DNA from: Camelus dromedarius
Taxonomy: Eukaryota
Reading direction: 5' to 3'
Length of the DNA stretch: 64,000 nt
Assembly (NCBI RefSeq): GCF_036321535.1
Contig: NC_087472.1
Coordinates: 101,682,001 to 101,746,000, forward strand
Under the pieces are notes generated by a model. The model saw only the letters and a program-made list of their open reading frames with translations. It was not told where the DNA came from and ran no database searches. This document shows, in pieces, positions 36,191 through 48,895 of this stretch. Each line of letters starts with the position of its first letter. Positions within the stretch are counted from its first letter, which is position 1. Position numbers and translations under genes: made by a program.

Positions 36191-37799
36191 CCAAGTTCCA
36201 GATTCTCCAACTTCTTTCTACAAATGTGGACACACCAGTCCTCTCTCTGAGTGGTTCCCTGTGCAGGTGTCTGACTTCTCTGAGTGCTAGGCCATACTTG
36301 GAGTATTAGCATCAAAGTCCCATGTCCTGACCCTCAACTGTAGTTCAAGTTTCAACTTTTAAATATGGTTTCCTGCCTGATGATTAAAATGTGCTTGTTG
36401 GAAGTGAACTGAAAGTCTCAGAAGTGGTGCCCATTATTCCCTTAACCAAGTCTTCAGGCCATATGCTCTGTGCGTCCGTGTGGGCATGTTCAGGATATTT
36501 GAATCAGTCCCATTGGCTTAGTGTAGACAAACAAGCTAAGAGATTGAAAGCTGCCAACTCCCTCTAAGCTGGACAAGTTCTCCCAAGCCACCCTTCCCAT
36601 TCTAAGGCAGAACAATTACAAGCACATTACAAAGAACAAGCCGTTCAGCATCTTGGCTTTGCTTGTGCCCTGACTTGCATCCATAATGACAAGAAACGGG
36701 CAGCTTAGTGGTAAACAGGGGCTGACACAGACCTACAGACTGAGAAACTGACTTGATTATATCTGACTTTGTGAGTTTGGGAGCTGCCAGCTTTCAATAA
36801 ATAGTGGTGAGTACAAATCGTCTGTAGGTTTTATTTTTGGAGTGGGGGAGTAGGTGAGTAAATTATCTGTAATTTAAGCCCAGCTCAGGGCTCTGAACAT
36901 CCTTCCATCAGTTCTTGCTTGGCGGGAAACTGGAGCTCTTAGAGCTACATGAAAATCACTTTTCCATTATTAAAGAACCAACACAAGTAACTGTTTGACT
37001 GGAGTTAACATTTACTCCTTGGAATAGATGATGAGAAAATATTTACCCACTGGCATAGCTGTTGAGTAATTGCCCATTAAGAAAGTTAAATGTTAATCAC
37101 TTATTTCTAGATCGAATAATTTTAACACGATCCTATGACTAATCCTTAAGGTCTAAAGGCAAGGAAAAAAGTCAACATCCGTTGGTTTCTTTCAGTCTGG
37201 ACCATAAAGGAAAGGCACACTCTTAGAAATTGGACACGTAACTAATTTTCATTCCCTTAGCACTCAAAGTGAGCTTGATTGCTTTTTCATTGTTTTTCAC
37301 CCAAAGAAACCTTGACCCCAGGTTAAGTATTAACAGGAGTGGAGAGGGAAGTGTTAGACAGGAGTTCAGCAGGAATACGGAGGAACATGTGAACTAAGAG
37401 GAGAAATAAAACTTGGGGATGGAAGACAGACGATAGAACCTAGATGTCATGATGTTGGCTGTCCTACATCACAGGGGATGAGCATGATAAACGCCATTAA
37501 AGTACAAACCCTAGGATAGACTTCACCAAGGACATGAAGCTTCCCCCTGAGTCAGAGGGGGGACCCCAGCAGCAGTGGTCAACAAAGAGTGAGTGAGGAA
37601 AGTCTCTAGAGTGGCAGACTCATGGGATCCTAGCTTGGTACCTGCCCTCTCCTCCAGAGTCAAAGAACGAACTTCCAGGTGGACTATCTCCACCCAACAA
37701 GTCAGTCTCCATTTGGATGAGAAGGACAGTGGCCAAAATACCTACAGAAATTGTGCATATACTCCATGCCAGCAGGAGCATCAACGGGAGCTTGGTGGG

Positions 37800-38215
37800 T
37801 GGAGTGGATGCTGTTGATGCCCTACCCAGCTCCCCTTAACTAGGCTGGACTCTTCCCCAGCTGCTGTGAGTGTTGGCTGCTAACGGCAGCTCACAGCTGA
37901 TCCCTCCTTTGGAGAACTGCCCATAGTCAGCGGGAGTTACCCAGCCCAGAAGGTGATGGCCCCTTCCCCAGGGGCAGCCCATAGCAAATGACTGACTGAT
38001 CCAGAGATACAAAAGGCCAGCACCTGCTTCAAGGCACGATCAACCCCATGGTGCAATTCCTGCTCCCGTGAGATGAGGCTGAAGCTGGTTTCTAGCTGAG
38101 ACCACAAACGTGCTTAGATCTTTTCCTCCTGCCCCATATGCTTCACTTCCCCTCTTCTCTTGTGAGCGCTCCCTCGAAGCACACACATAAGACTCAATCT
38201 CAGTTTCTGCTCCGG
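37800..38215 (+). mobile_element. ERVL LTR16A-like solo LTR
   Basis: ccccagctgctgtgagtgttggctgctaacgg...ggggcagcccatagcaaatgactgactgat...atacaaaaggcc. Confidence 0.85.
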
Positions 38216-38689
38216 TTCAGCTTCTATTTTTGCATCTGAACAGAGACAGTAGGGCAGGCAAGAGAGTTAGTCCCCTTTCACTGTCTCCAGGCCACCTGAG
38301 AATTTGTTAGCAAGGATGCCCCTGTAGGCGGTGCAAGAGCTGGATCCCAGAGGTACCTCGGGCAGAACTGAGAGAGAGAGTATCCACTTCACTCCTTCCA
38401 ACCAGTGACTGAGTTCCATCTGGAGAAGATGCCTGAGGGTATAAGACTGGCTGGGACCTCTCCTCCCTCCACTGATCCATGCCTTCCCCTTATCTGCCAC
38501 CCATCCTCCAATGTATATCCACGTGAAGACGCTCTTCCTTCCACTAGATTTTCTCTGGCTAGTGATCTTCTGCCTCTTAGAAATGTATTTGGGTGAGTGA
38601 CTCTCCTCCTCACTTCCATACTGGTATAAATGGTTTTTGCTACAATTATGCCTTAATTGCATGATGTACAGGAAGAGCAGGGACTATAT

Positions 38690-38890
38690 GGTACATGACC
38701 TTGGACAAGTTCTCCAATCTTTCTGAACGTGGATTTCTTCATCTGTAAAATGATACTAATGAAGCCTACCTCATAGAGTGTTGTGAGGATTAAATGATAT
38801 AAAAATTCAGTGTTCACGGATACCCTACCTGGTACACAACAGATACCAGATAGTCCACCACTGGACTATCTGGTATATCGTAGGTTCTTC
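38690..38890 (+). mobile_element. MIR SINE (tail contains a hairpin insertion)
   Basis: gaccttggacaagtt...tttcttcatctgtaaaatg...cctacctcatagagtgttgtgaggattaaatga. Confidence 0.85.
38843..38876. repeat. Perfect 15-bp inverted repeat with 4-nt loop
   Basis: ataccagatagtcca ccac tggactatctggtat. Confidence 0.95.
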
Positions 38891-39519
38891 TCAGTGAGAC
38901 TTTTTAAAAAGACAAACAAGATATTAAAAAGAAAATGAAAAATAAAACTCTACTGTTAGCACGCAGAGACACACAGGTCTCCTGCCTCAGGTCAGTTTCC
39001 ACCATCCATCTACCCAAAAAACCCCCTTAGTCTTCCTTGTGAGCCATGTACTGGGGATACAGAAGTAAGTTAGAGATAGACTCCATGTAAGAAGCTCACA
39101 GTTCATTGCTGACACAATTTGTATGCTACTTCTCCCGGGAATCCAGGGGCATCTGGATAGAGGAGGAGACAGGCAACTTGGGGCTCAGTTCCACACTGAA
39201 AAATCAATTATTATATGAAGTTCTTCCTGTGTGTAGGATTCTTGCATTCCCATCCAACAAAACAACTGGGTATCGCTTGGGATTTGATAAGAAATTCTCC
39301 CCCATTACATTGTTGCTGCAGCCTGGACGAGGCTCCCAAATCATCAAGTTCCAAGAAATTGGGACTGCTGGGCTGGTCCTCTCTGTGTGACCCGAGAGCT
39401 CCTGTTTTCCCTAAGGCTGAAGGAATAACTGCTCCCAAACGTTTTCCCTCCCAGTGGAATCCATTGGGACTCTCAGTCTACTCAGAATATTCATAATAAA
39501 AGCAGGAACCATTCTGAGG

Positions 39520-39735
39520 GAATATCTACTGAGGCCAGGTAAGGTTCTAGGTGCTTGACACATGTTCATTTCTCATGGTCCCAACAACTCCGGAAGGTGG
39601 ATGTTGTACCCTCATTTTATACCTGAGGAAACCAAAGGCCAGTGACTTGCCCAAGGTTACAAATGCAGTAAGAGATATGATTTGAACTCATGTCCTACTT
39701 CAAAGTCTGTGCTCATTATAACCTCTGTGCTATGG
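39520..39735 (-). mobile_element. MIR SINE
   Basis: cctcattttatacctgaggaaacc...gtgacttgcccaaggttac...gatttgaactcatgtc. Confidence 0.8.
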
Positions 39736-41819
39736 TGTTTTAATAACTACAGTCTTGTATTATGTTGTTTTTTTCTGCCACTTACTTGTTAAATGATCTT
39801 GACCAAGTTTCTTCCCCTTCTTATTTTTTGGGGGGGAAAAGTTTTGATTCTTATGGAGAAATTCTAACTTATAATTTAACCGTGAAACCCCAGGTACTCA
39901 TCACACATATGCAACAACCATCTAGGGCCCATGTGCCCCATTCAGACCCCCTAGCCACTTCCTCCCTCCTGTCTCAGCAATACCAACCATCAAACCCTGC
40001 AGGTCTGGCTCCAAAACCCCTGGCCATTCTGGTCCCTGCTTTTCTCCAAGCACTGGGCACTATGACAGCACCTCCCAAGGCCCACTTTAAATGATCATTT
40101 CTTATGTATAATTCTCTCTTTAAAAAAAAACTCATCAAAATGAATAAAGTTGATACATGATTCAAACTGACTGTAGAGAGCATTTCAGGGCTTAACCTCA
40201 GACTTCCAATCGCACGGCAAAGTTCTAAGGTGCCATCACTAAGCTACCTTGGCAATTGTTGAGACAGTGTTAGAGGATAATAGAATTCAAAGCAGTTTTG
40301 CTCCAGCAAAAATAAATATACAACCAAACAGCTGGCTTGCCAGTTGGGCAGTACAAGTTGTTCCTTTTCCTTCCCTTAATTACTTCTCAGTGGAACATTC
40401 TCGAATACCCAGGGGGTAGGTTCCCACTCATCTTCAGGCCTCTCTGAAAAGCCAGTGCCAATACAAAAGTTAAATATAGAACAATATCTTATAAACAAAG
40501 TCCTGAGTCTAAGGACCCAAATGATTCAGACATTATTTTTATTCATGACTTACAAAGAAAGTAAAATGAATTGTGTCAATGGTCGTGACACCTCTGGAGA
40601 ATATTATATTGGAACAGAAAAGACACAGAAGATAACTTTCAAGGAATTTATAATATGGTTGAGTGTATGGAATATGTTCAAATGAAATGATAGAGAGACA
40701 GAGAAATACAGTGACAGTTACATACACAGCCTTATGACTGCACAGTGCTACACACACACCCACACACCCACACACAAACACACTGGCTGACCACCCAATC
40801 TCAGATGCACAGAGTCACAGTGTGATGCGAACATAGAGAAACAAGACGCCCCAGGGACAATGAAAATCTGAAGGGTTAGTCCAGATTCAAGGCGGCCATC
40901 CTGGATAAAGGTAGCCTCAGGGAAATGGGGGCACCTGTTGGATGAAATTCTTAAGCTTGGAATATGTTCCATTCCTGGATCAGCCAGTAATGAGTTGTTT
41001 CTTTAAGCCACTTGACTTCACTGGAGCTTACCGTCTTTGTTTCTAAGGCTCCTTCCTGCTCTAACATTCTATGATGCCGTGAAGACCCACTTGGAAAACA
41101 ACCCACAAGGGCAATTTCACACAGCACAGACTTCTGGGACAAGCAATGTGATCAAGGCTCAGACACGAGTTGGTGTACCTTGTGCAACCGAAGAAATAGT
41201 TACAACAAAACCAAGCAGTGTCAAGTGACTCTGACACGGGCACGCAGTCAGAGAAGGCACCCATTCTATCTGGTCGATATACAGAGGAGTCCTTCTCCGT
41301 GGGAAAGACTATGGGAAGGACAGAGACAGATGTTTTCCTACCCATTATGAGGGCTTGAAAGTTACTCTGCAAGGACGTAGCAGTTTCTGAACATTCTGTT
41401 CTGGCTAGTAGATCTTGGGTTTGGTTCAGGACAAAAATTGTTGCATTGACACCTCATGGCCACCAGAGAGCTCCATGCATCCAGCCAGAGGCACCTATTT
41501 GCACAGCAAGCACACTTTTTTTTTTTTTTTAAAAAAGCAAGCTGCCCCTCAGTCCCTGCAGCCTAGAGCACAGGTTCTAATGCAATTTCTTATACCAGCA
41601 AAATTCACACATTTGCCCCATCAACAGTCACTCTGACCCTGTCCCTCTGCCTTTTAGAATGTGGGACTTGGTATATTCAGGAGGCAGAAGATAAACATGG
41701 GTACCAGGTCCCCAGACTGGTCAAATGACTTCTCAGCTGCAGGGCAGGAAAAGCCTGGATCCTTAGACTTACTTGTTTTGCTGGTGGCTACGTATAATAC
41801 CATACTCAAGGGGACTTCT

Positions 41820-42790
41820 TTTTATAGGTTTTATTTAGTGGCAATTTTCTTTTTCTGCTCATAGCCAATCATGGAAAAGTTGGAAAACTAGCATAAAGAA
41901 GAAAGTGGCAATAATCTCTCATTCCATCGCCCAGAGAACATCACTGATAAGACTTGGACATATTTCCTTCCAATCTTCTTCCTCTTTTAGGATCTGTGGG
42001 TATTCCTGCACAGTTGGAGTCAACGTACTCTGATTTGGGGGGATAATTTTTCTAACCTGGTATTTTCTCTTAAGTGTTTTTCCATGTCATTAACGTGCGT
42101 AATACAAGACAAATTGGAGAATTTAGAGCCGCACAGAAGAAAATAAAAACCCCTTGTTTTTATAGTACCCAGAGATAATCATTTTCACATTTTGGTGTTT
42201 TACCTTCTAGTCACTTTTCTAAGCATGATATTTATTTACTTTTACAAAACTGAGACCATGTTGTATATACTGTTTCAAAGACTGACTTTTTTACATAAAT
42301 ATTCTATCATGACCATTTCCCCTGTACCATCAAATATCTTCCCAAAGCATGATTGTTACTATCTGGGTAACATTAAAATATATGAATGGAACTTAGTTAG
42401 TTCATTGAATGAATTCTCTACTGTTGGCCACTTATGCTGAGTACAATGCTTTTTATTCCAAATAACACCAGGATGAACAACTTTTTAAAATTATACCCTA
42501 TGTTCACATCACTGATTAGCCACCTAGCATAAATTCTTAGATTTTGAACTACTGGGTCAAAGAGTTTGGACATTTTATAAGACAGATTCTAACGGCCACA
42601 TCATCCCCCAGAAATGTCATGACCAGTTCATATTCTCATTAGCAGTACCTGAGAGTCCCTGTCTCCTCATACCCTCACCCACACTAGGGATTACCAATTT
42701 TTAAAATCTCTGCCCATTTGACAAACACAAAGTTATTTCCCACTGAACACTTAAAACTGTGTGTATTGGCCATTTTTATCTCCTTGTGAA
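41820..42790 (-). mobile_element. Ancient L1ME(4)-like fragments
   Basis: cccagagataatcattttcacattttgg, ctactgttggccactta, actgggtcaaagag, gagagtccctgtctcctcataccctcacccacac. Confidence 0.75.
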
Positions 42791-43020
42791 TTACTGAGAA
42801 CTTAATAAGTATCCAGCACTGTGCTACATGTTCAATAACAATGATCACTAAGTCTTCTATAGAAGAAAAATACCATCATCTCCATTTTACAGATGAGGAA
42901 ACTGAGGCATAGAGATCACAAGTGTCTTCTCAAAGTCACATAGCAGGTAAATGACAAAGTTGGGTGTTATATTCAGATCTGTGATCCCCAATTTCATGCT
43001 CCACCTACAATACCACATTG
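42790..43020 (-). mobile_element. MIR SINE
   Basis: ctccattttacagatgaggaaactgaggcatagaga...aaagtcacatagc. Confidence 0.9.
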
Positions 43021-43389
43021 TCTCCCTGAGAAATGTTTGAAATGTATCCTTCTAGAGATGAGATGAAAGAAAGTCTCTGCTATCCATATGAGAACTGGTG
43101 TGAGGCTGCCTGTTAATGTCTACCTAGACCTCTGAAGGTAGAAGAGGGAATGAATGAGAGAACTCTGGAGACCTTTTTACAATTATAGAATCCAACTGCC
43201 TCATTTTTATAAATGAGGACTCTGAGACCCTGAGGAGTTCAATGACTTGCTAGTTATGGAGGCTTGACCAAAAGATGGGGGAAAGAGGGCAAGAAAATAC
43301 AAACAGCACAAGAATCTGACAAGCTCTTTCATGCCTCTCTGGTTTTGCACATCAGGTTTCCTGATTGGATTTCGCTCCCGCATCCACCT

Positions 43390-44118
43390 GGGGACTCAGC
43401 TAAAATGTCAAGTCCTCTACCAAACCTTCCATCATTTTTCAAGGTGGAATTAACTGTCTCCATACTCTACACAACTGTACTTACGAGCATTTAGTGTATT
43501 ATGTGGCAGAGATGTCTAATTGCCCAACAAACTTTGAAAATCCTTTCCATAGGGATCATAGGGACTGAGAGGATGATGCAAAGTGTCTGCCCAGCCAAAC
43601 CGGAATTCCAGGCATCCCCTCCTTGCATGTTGGTGTAGCCATGTGACTTGTTTTGGTGAAGAGCACGTGAGTGAACTTGATCTTCTACTCCTCCTATTTT
43701 GCTTACTGCTTATGAACTCTGTCATTGAGAATAGGATACTTGGAGCAAGACAATCATATTGCAACCGTGAGACAACAAGCCTAAGACAAAAAGCCCCCAG
43801 GATGAGGATGGCAAAGCAAAAGAAAGGGAAGAGCCTGGTGTGAATGAAACTGTTGAACTACGGAACCAACCCCAGAACCATCTACCTTCAGACATTATAT
43901 TTTCAAAGATAATTAAATATCTTTATCATTTAAGCCACTATTAGTAGGGTATTCTGTCCAAGCATCTTACTGCTGTCTTTGATTACTCACCTCTGTCTTT
44001 GACTAGATTATTCACTTCCAAGGGCATCCTTTGTGTGGAATTCATCTTTTTATATCTCTGTTCCTCAGGCCTATCACAGAGCCCTGCAGGGGTCAACAAA
44101 CTGTTCCCTGAATTGAGT
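43390..44118 (+). mobile_element. L2 3' fragment interrupted by an MLT1 LTR
   Basis: gactcagctaaaatgtcaagtcctctaccaaaccttcc on the left; gactagatta...aagggca...ttcatctttttatatc...aacaaactgttccctgaattga on the right. Confidence 0.6.
43502..43975 (+). mobile_element. MLT1 (MLT1K/L-like) solo LTR
   Basis: Starts tgtggcaga; tagccatgtgact, gatgaggatggcaaagcaaaaga, gagcctgg, tttaagccactattagtagggtattctgt. Confidence 0.8.
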
Positions 44119-44289
44119 CCACCAGCGATGTTCAAGTTTGGTAAAAGTTAGCATTCTGCCCAATAATTCTTGATTTCCACTAGCCAATTTCTATAAGAAC
44201 CTATTGACTTAAAACCAGACTCTCCCAACTGTGGCTCCATGAAGCCAGGACAGAATTTGCTAGGCAAGGGTTCATTTGCTGCTTGTTAA

Positions 44290-44350
44290 TTAGTCAAGTG
44301 CTGAGTTCACCACATGACTCATTTTTACATGATTCGCACAATTGCACAAT
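44290..44350. promoter_or_regulatory. Candidate enhancer core: RUNX, AP-1 and C/EBP motifs
   Basis: TTAGTCA (44290), ACCACA (44309), TGACTCA (44315-44321), ATTGCACAAT (44341-44350). Confidence 0.35.
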
Positions 44351-45719
44351 TAGCATTTTAAAAGGTTTTCAAGGAGGCTAGCCCAAGTAAGTTTATCTTG
44401 AGAAATGTCACAAAAGGAAAAGAATGATTAACAAATCAGTTCCCAAGCAGATTTAGTGGACCATTGGCTTCAGCCCAAAAGGCACTGCATGGAAGACTGG
44501 CTTTGAGTACGTGGCCAAGCAACTGATTATTGCTGGACTTAAACCTCGAAGGTCCTATCCCTTACCCTCAAAGCAGACCTGCTGAGGAAGGGAAGGAACA
44601 CAATGGGTTAGGTGGTATTCTGTGGGTTTTATACTGCTTAGTTCAACAACTAACTTGGGCACCTGTTCGAGTGATTCCAATTCCAACTGGACAGTTACCA
44701 GGTGGGTAGTTTGTTTTCAGAAGAAGCTAAAGAGTGTGAGGCATCTCACCTTTACTATTAAGTGAAAAAAAAAAAAGTACATTATTTAATGTAGATGAGC
44801 AGTTGCTGCATAAATTAATTACTCAATAAGCTGATATATGTCAGTGTATTTGTGTCTTCCCCTTGGAACTCCAACGGACTAAATCAGCACTATCTTGGGT
44901 ATTACGAAATTCAATTTTTAGGTCCCCGCCCTCCTCCCACAGTTCACTAATAAACAAGGTAACTGTAGGCAAGTCACTCAAGAAGTTAAGGGGAAAATCT
45001 TGTTATCCTCCCCTAACCTGTCAACCTCAGAGGGTTGAGAAAAGAGACATCACAAGCCTGTGCAAAGCCCATGGCACAGCAAAGGATTTATTTCAGGGCT
45101 GCTCCACCATCTTGACCACAGAGCAGTGGTGCCTGTGAGTCTCACTGGTGTTCCAGGCTTTTGTTTATGACATCTCAGCCCAGCTTCCCAAGTCCTGGTA
45201 GACAGGCAGGGTTGATCAGAGGTGAAGTCACAGATTCTGGTCCTAACAGAGGTCAAGCAGCATCAGGGGCACCTTTAGACCTCAAGACAATGACTATTTG
45301 CTCACTGAAGGTGCCAAGAGGGGTGTGGCTCAAATGGGGAACCTGATCTCTTTCCTGAAACAGCAACTGACAAGGTAGTGACCACTCTTGTCAACTCCAT
45401 GTGGGTTTCTACCCATATTTTCTGTCAGGCATCTATCTTATTACGAAATACTCCTGTGGGGACTTACATTTTCTCCTTTACCTTAGTGAGTATTCAGGCA
45501 GCTTTCATACCTGTGCTCTGGGTTCTCTTTGTTTCTAAGTCCCCTGAGGGCAGTGGCTTGTCTTCTGATTCCCTTGCAGCCATTCTCAGTCCCGGTGCCC
45601 GGAGCACCACATGTTGAGAAGAAAGCTTCCAGTAGAGGATGGTCACATGGGCTTGTGCTCACCCAACAAGGTGACCACGGGACCCTTGTCACAGCGCTCA
45701 TTTCCCCCAAAATAGCACT

Positions 45720-45830
45720 TCTAGCCTCATTTTCTTAAGTAGATGAGACACCCGGGCCCAGAGAGGTTAAGTAACTTGTTCCAGGTCACACAGGGCAGAA
45801 CCAGGACAACGAGACAGGTTCTCTGACACC
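45720..45830 (-). mobile_element. MIR core
   Basis: agatgagacacccgggcccagagaggttaagtaacttgttccaggtcacacag. Confidence 0.8.
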
Positions 45831-46439
45831 TTCACTGGACTTTGTAAATTAAACAATCTGTATCCCTAGTCTACTCTCGCCTTTTGTCAAATGGCTTAAA
45901 GAGTCTTTTCATTTCTTCTGCTTTCTGTGTACGGACAACCACAGAGATACACTCTTCCTGTGGCTTTCACTGTGAAATTGGCCAAAGAAACAAACTAGCT
46001 CTTTCTCCCCTCATTTTATTAAAAAAAGAAAACAAAACTAAAACCTCCAATAATTTTTCCATCAGCTCATCCAGTAGGACATTTTGGCTCCCTCATCTTT
46101 CCATCTAAGTCAGTCTGAGTTATTCTTTGGGCCAGAAGTCCCCCATCATGTTTCTGGGAAGGGGAGCCTCCTCTGTGTGACAGCCCCTCCTCAGAGCCAA
46201 AGGCTCATTCTAAGCTTGGTGGCTCTTAGAAGCCATGAAGAAAATGGAACCACACTGGATCCCTCTAGAGGCAACTAAATGGAGGGCCCTGTCCAGAGGG
46301 AAAACGCTCTTGGCAAAATACCACTCACTGAGGCTTGGTCATACCCTGAAAGGTGTGAATTGAGGAAAGATGCAAACTCAACACTGATGTACAGAAAAAG
46401 TACACACTACTGACCACGACAGCTAATACTGGTTTAGCC

Positions 46440-46560
46440 AAAATATACGTCAGATGTTGCACTAAATCCTCACAACCCGCTTTGAGAGAAGTACTAATAT
46501 CAGCCCCCTTGCACATATGAAGAAACCGAGGTATCCTGCCCAAGGACACACAGCTGGAGG
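46440..46560 (-). mobile_element. MIR core
   Basis: aatcctcacaaccc...atgaagaaaccgagg...tgcccaaggacacacagct. Confidence 0.7.
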
Positions 46561-47149
46561 GATACACCCTGGGTGACTCTAGGGAATGGTCTGGAGAGGG
46601 GCCACTTCCCACTTTTTAAAACCTGTATACATGACTGTTCTATCTTTATTATATGCTTTTGCCACAAGCAAAGAACTATATTTCTTTTTTTAATTAAGAA
46701 GATGTAGCCAAACTGTAAAGCGAGCCTTAATTCAGACTAAATGAAAAAATCATAAGTTCTGAGATTAACGATGAGCATAAAATATCAAATATCATTTTAA
46801 AAAGTATAGCTTTCAACTTTAAGTGTTGAAGCCAGGTCAACCAAGTGCCACGCGGTAAGGTTCCCCAGGGCCACTCTTTGTTGGTGCAGTGGTATTTGGA
46901 AGTAGGACCCTTAAGGGGCAGGGGATGCTTAAAGTGCTTTCTCTCTGGAAGCGTTTTAAGCATTCTCTCAGCTCCCCGAGCATTATTCTTTTTCTGGTTC
47001 TTGGTGAATCAACATCCCAAATTCCACACTAGCGGCCTGTGGTCTAATAAGGTTTGTTCGTATTACAAGGACAGAGCAACTGAATCAAATTCACGAATTA
47101 CTGCCAAACCCAACTTTTACTTTTGGTGCCACCTCCTTCTGCAAAACAG

Positions 47150-47430
47150 TTTTGTGCGGCAGCCGCCTCGTAGACACGGACATTCACAAAGAGCAATGAG
47201 AGGCCCACAGAGGCGTCCGGCAAGAGAAGGAGAAACAGGACACCCAGCTCCTCTGCCCGGGAAGCGGAGACGGAGACGCGGCCACACAGAGCAGCCTGAG
47301 GGCTGGGCTGGGCGCCCCACGTGGCACACTTACTTCCTCCCTCCCCAGAGGAGGCGCGGCTTCTGCTTTGTCCGCCCTCCCCCAGAGTCTGGCTGGGGTG
47401 AAAGTTGAAACCCAGAGGAAGTTCAACAGT
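47150..47430 (-). promoter_or_regulatory. CpG-rich promoter-like region with a possible minus-strand splice donor
   Basis: Dense CpGs; E-box CACGTG 47318-47323; GC box near 47372; ETS sites at about 47332-47339 and 47414-47422; minus-strand GAA|GTAAGTG at 47334/47333. Confidence 0.4.
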
Positions 47431-48349
47431 GTCGGGATACAATTACTCAGGAAGGACAGACTTCCTTTGAGTCTCTGATTTTCAAATCAGAGAATCTAGA
47501 AAACTCGGCCACCCTGCTCTCCTCACTGTCCATCACCCCCTCACAAGGAAGGCTTCCTGTCTTCTTACACCGACACCAACGGCCTGTCTCAGAGACCAAC
47601 TTGTCTATTTTGATCACAGCCTCCTCCTCCGTGCCAACTTCCGACTTTCTCAGAAAAGAGAAAAGAAGACTCAAGGGCGTCCGTTGGTGGCCACACCCAC
47701 ATGCATAACTGGATCAATCTCCATTTTGGAAATGGCCTAAGTAGACTTTTACATGAATATTGTTCTGAAATGTCAAGAAGAGTCAACTTACAACTCACCA
47801 AACAGCAGAGCATCCTCACTAGAGATAGGATACTATCCCCAGTCAAGCCCAACAAAAGAAACTGTCCAGGGAAATCTACCATCATTTGTGCACACCTGTG
47901 GTGTGAATGTGAAGAGAGGCAGGCTTGGGCGGCGTGAAGATCAACTTCCCCTCATTTCCTTTTGGAGTCCTGTATATGCTGGAAATTCCTCCTCCAACTG
48001 TCAGTTCAGCTCAAGATCCGCAAAACACATCAGTGTAACTCCTCTGCTGGAAATCATTTGCCTAGGTGGCCATGTTTGGTGGACATGGCTGTGCTGAATG
48101 AACTTGGCTCAAAATTAACTGCCCCAAATCATTCTATTTAACACGAGACGCCTAGTTGGGACAGAAAGAGAAGAATGTTTGGTGTAAACATTTGGAAGTC
48201 AGGCAGCTCTTTATGCCCTCAATGGCTCCATCAATACCCTCTGAATAAATGAACGAATGGATCTGAAAGCATTCCTTGTTAACAGATGAGTTTGTGACAT
48301 CTTTTCCATAGCACTCCTGAGACACATCCCCATCCGCCATAGTTTGTCT

Positions 48350-48478
48350 TCCTCTCTTCCTTAGAATATCGTCTCTATGAGGTCAGATTCTGTCTGATTA
48401 GCAACCTATCTGCAACACCTGTATCTCCAACACCTAGAACTATGTGGTAGGGACCCAGTAAATATTTGTTGAATGATA
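48350..48478 (+). mobile_element. L2 3' tail
   Basis: ctgtatctccaacacctagaac...gtagggacccagtaaatatttgttgaatga. Confidence 0.8.
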
Positions 48479-48799
48479 CTCATGACTACATTAACTATGG
48501 GGGTCTCACTGGAGAGTGGCACTCCAAATGGCATGAAGAAAATCTCATGGAATGTTCTACTCCAAAGGCCATAAAACAAATGTTCAGATGGTTCCCAGCA
48601 CAATTAAACCTCGATCCCTGATAGGATGTCCAATAACTCACTCAGTAGGTTGACACGTGGTTCCAGCGGCAGTCCAGGCGTGGTTTCAGGCTCATGTGAG
48701 CCTGACCAAGTTAACTCAGACTCATGGCCACAGCCCCTCCTAACCTGGCAGCCATCACTAGCCTGCAGACATATGGATGTGCGGGTCTTGGGTTTATTA

Positions 48800-48895
48800 C
48801 CTTTCTTGCCCAGAAGAGGGAACTAAGGCACACAGAGACTAAGTGACTCGGCCCAGGTCATGCAGCTGGAAAGTTGCAAAGGCGGGATTCACCAC
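48800..48895 (-). mobile_element. MIR core
   Basis: gaactaaggcacacagagactaagtgactcggcccaggtcatgcagct. Confidence 0.7.

Noticed and set aside
46845..47408. 187-aa ORF over the CpG patch
   Set aside because: Low-complexity Arg/Pro/Gly translation of GC-rich DNA, non-ATG start, and no recognisable domain
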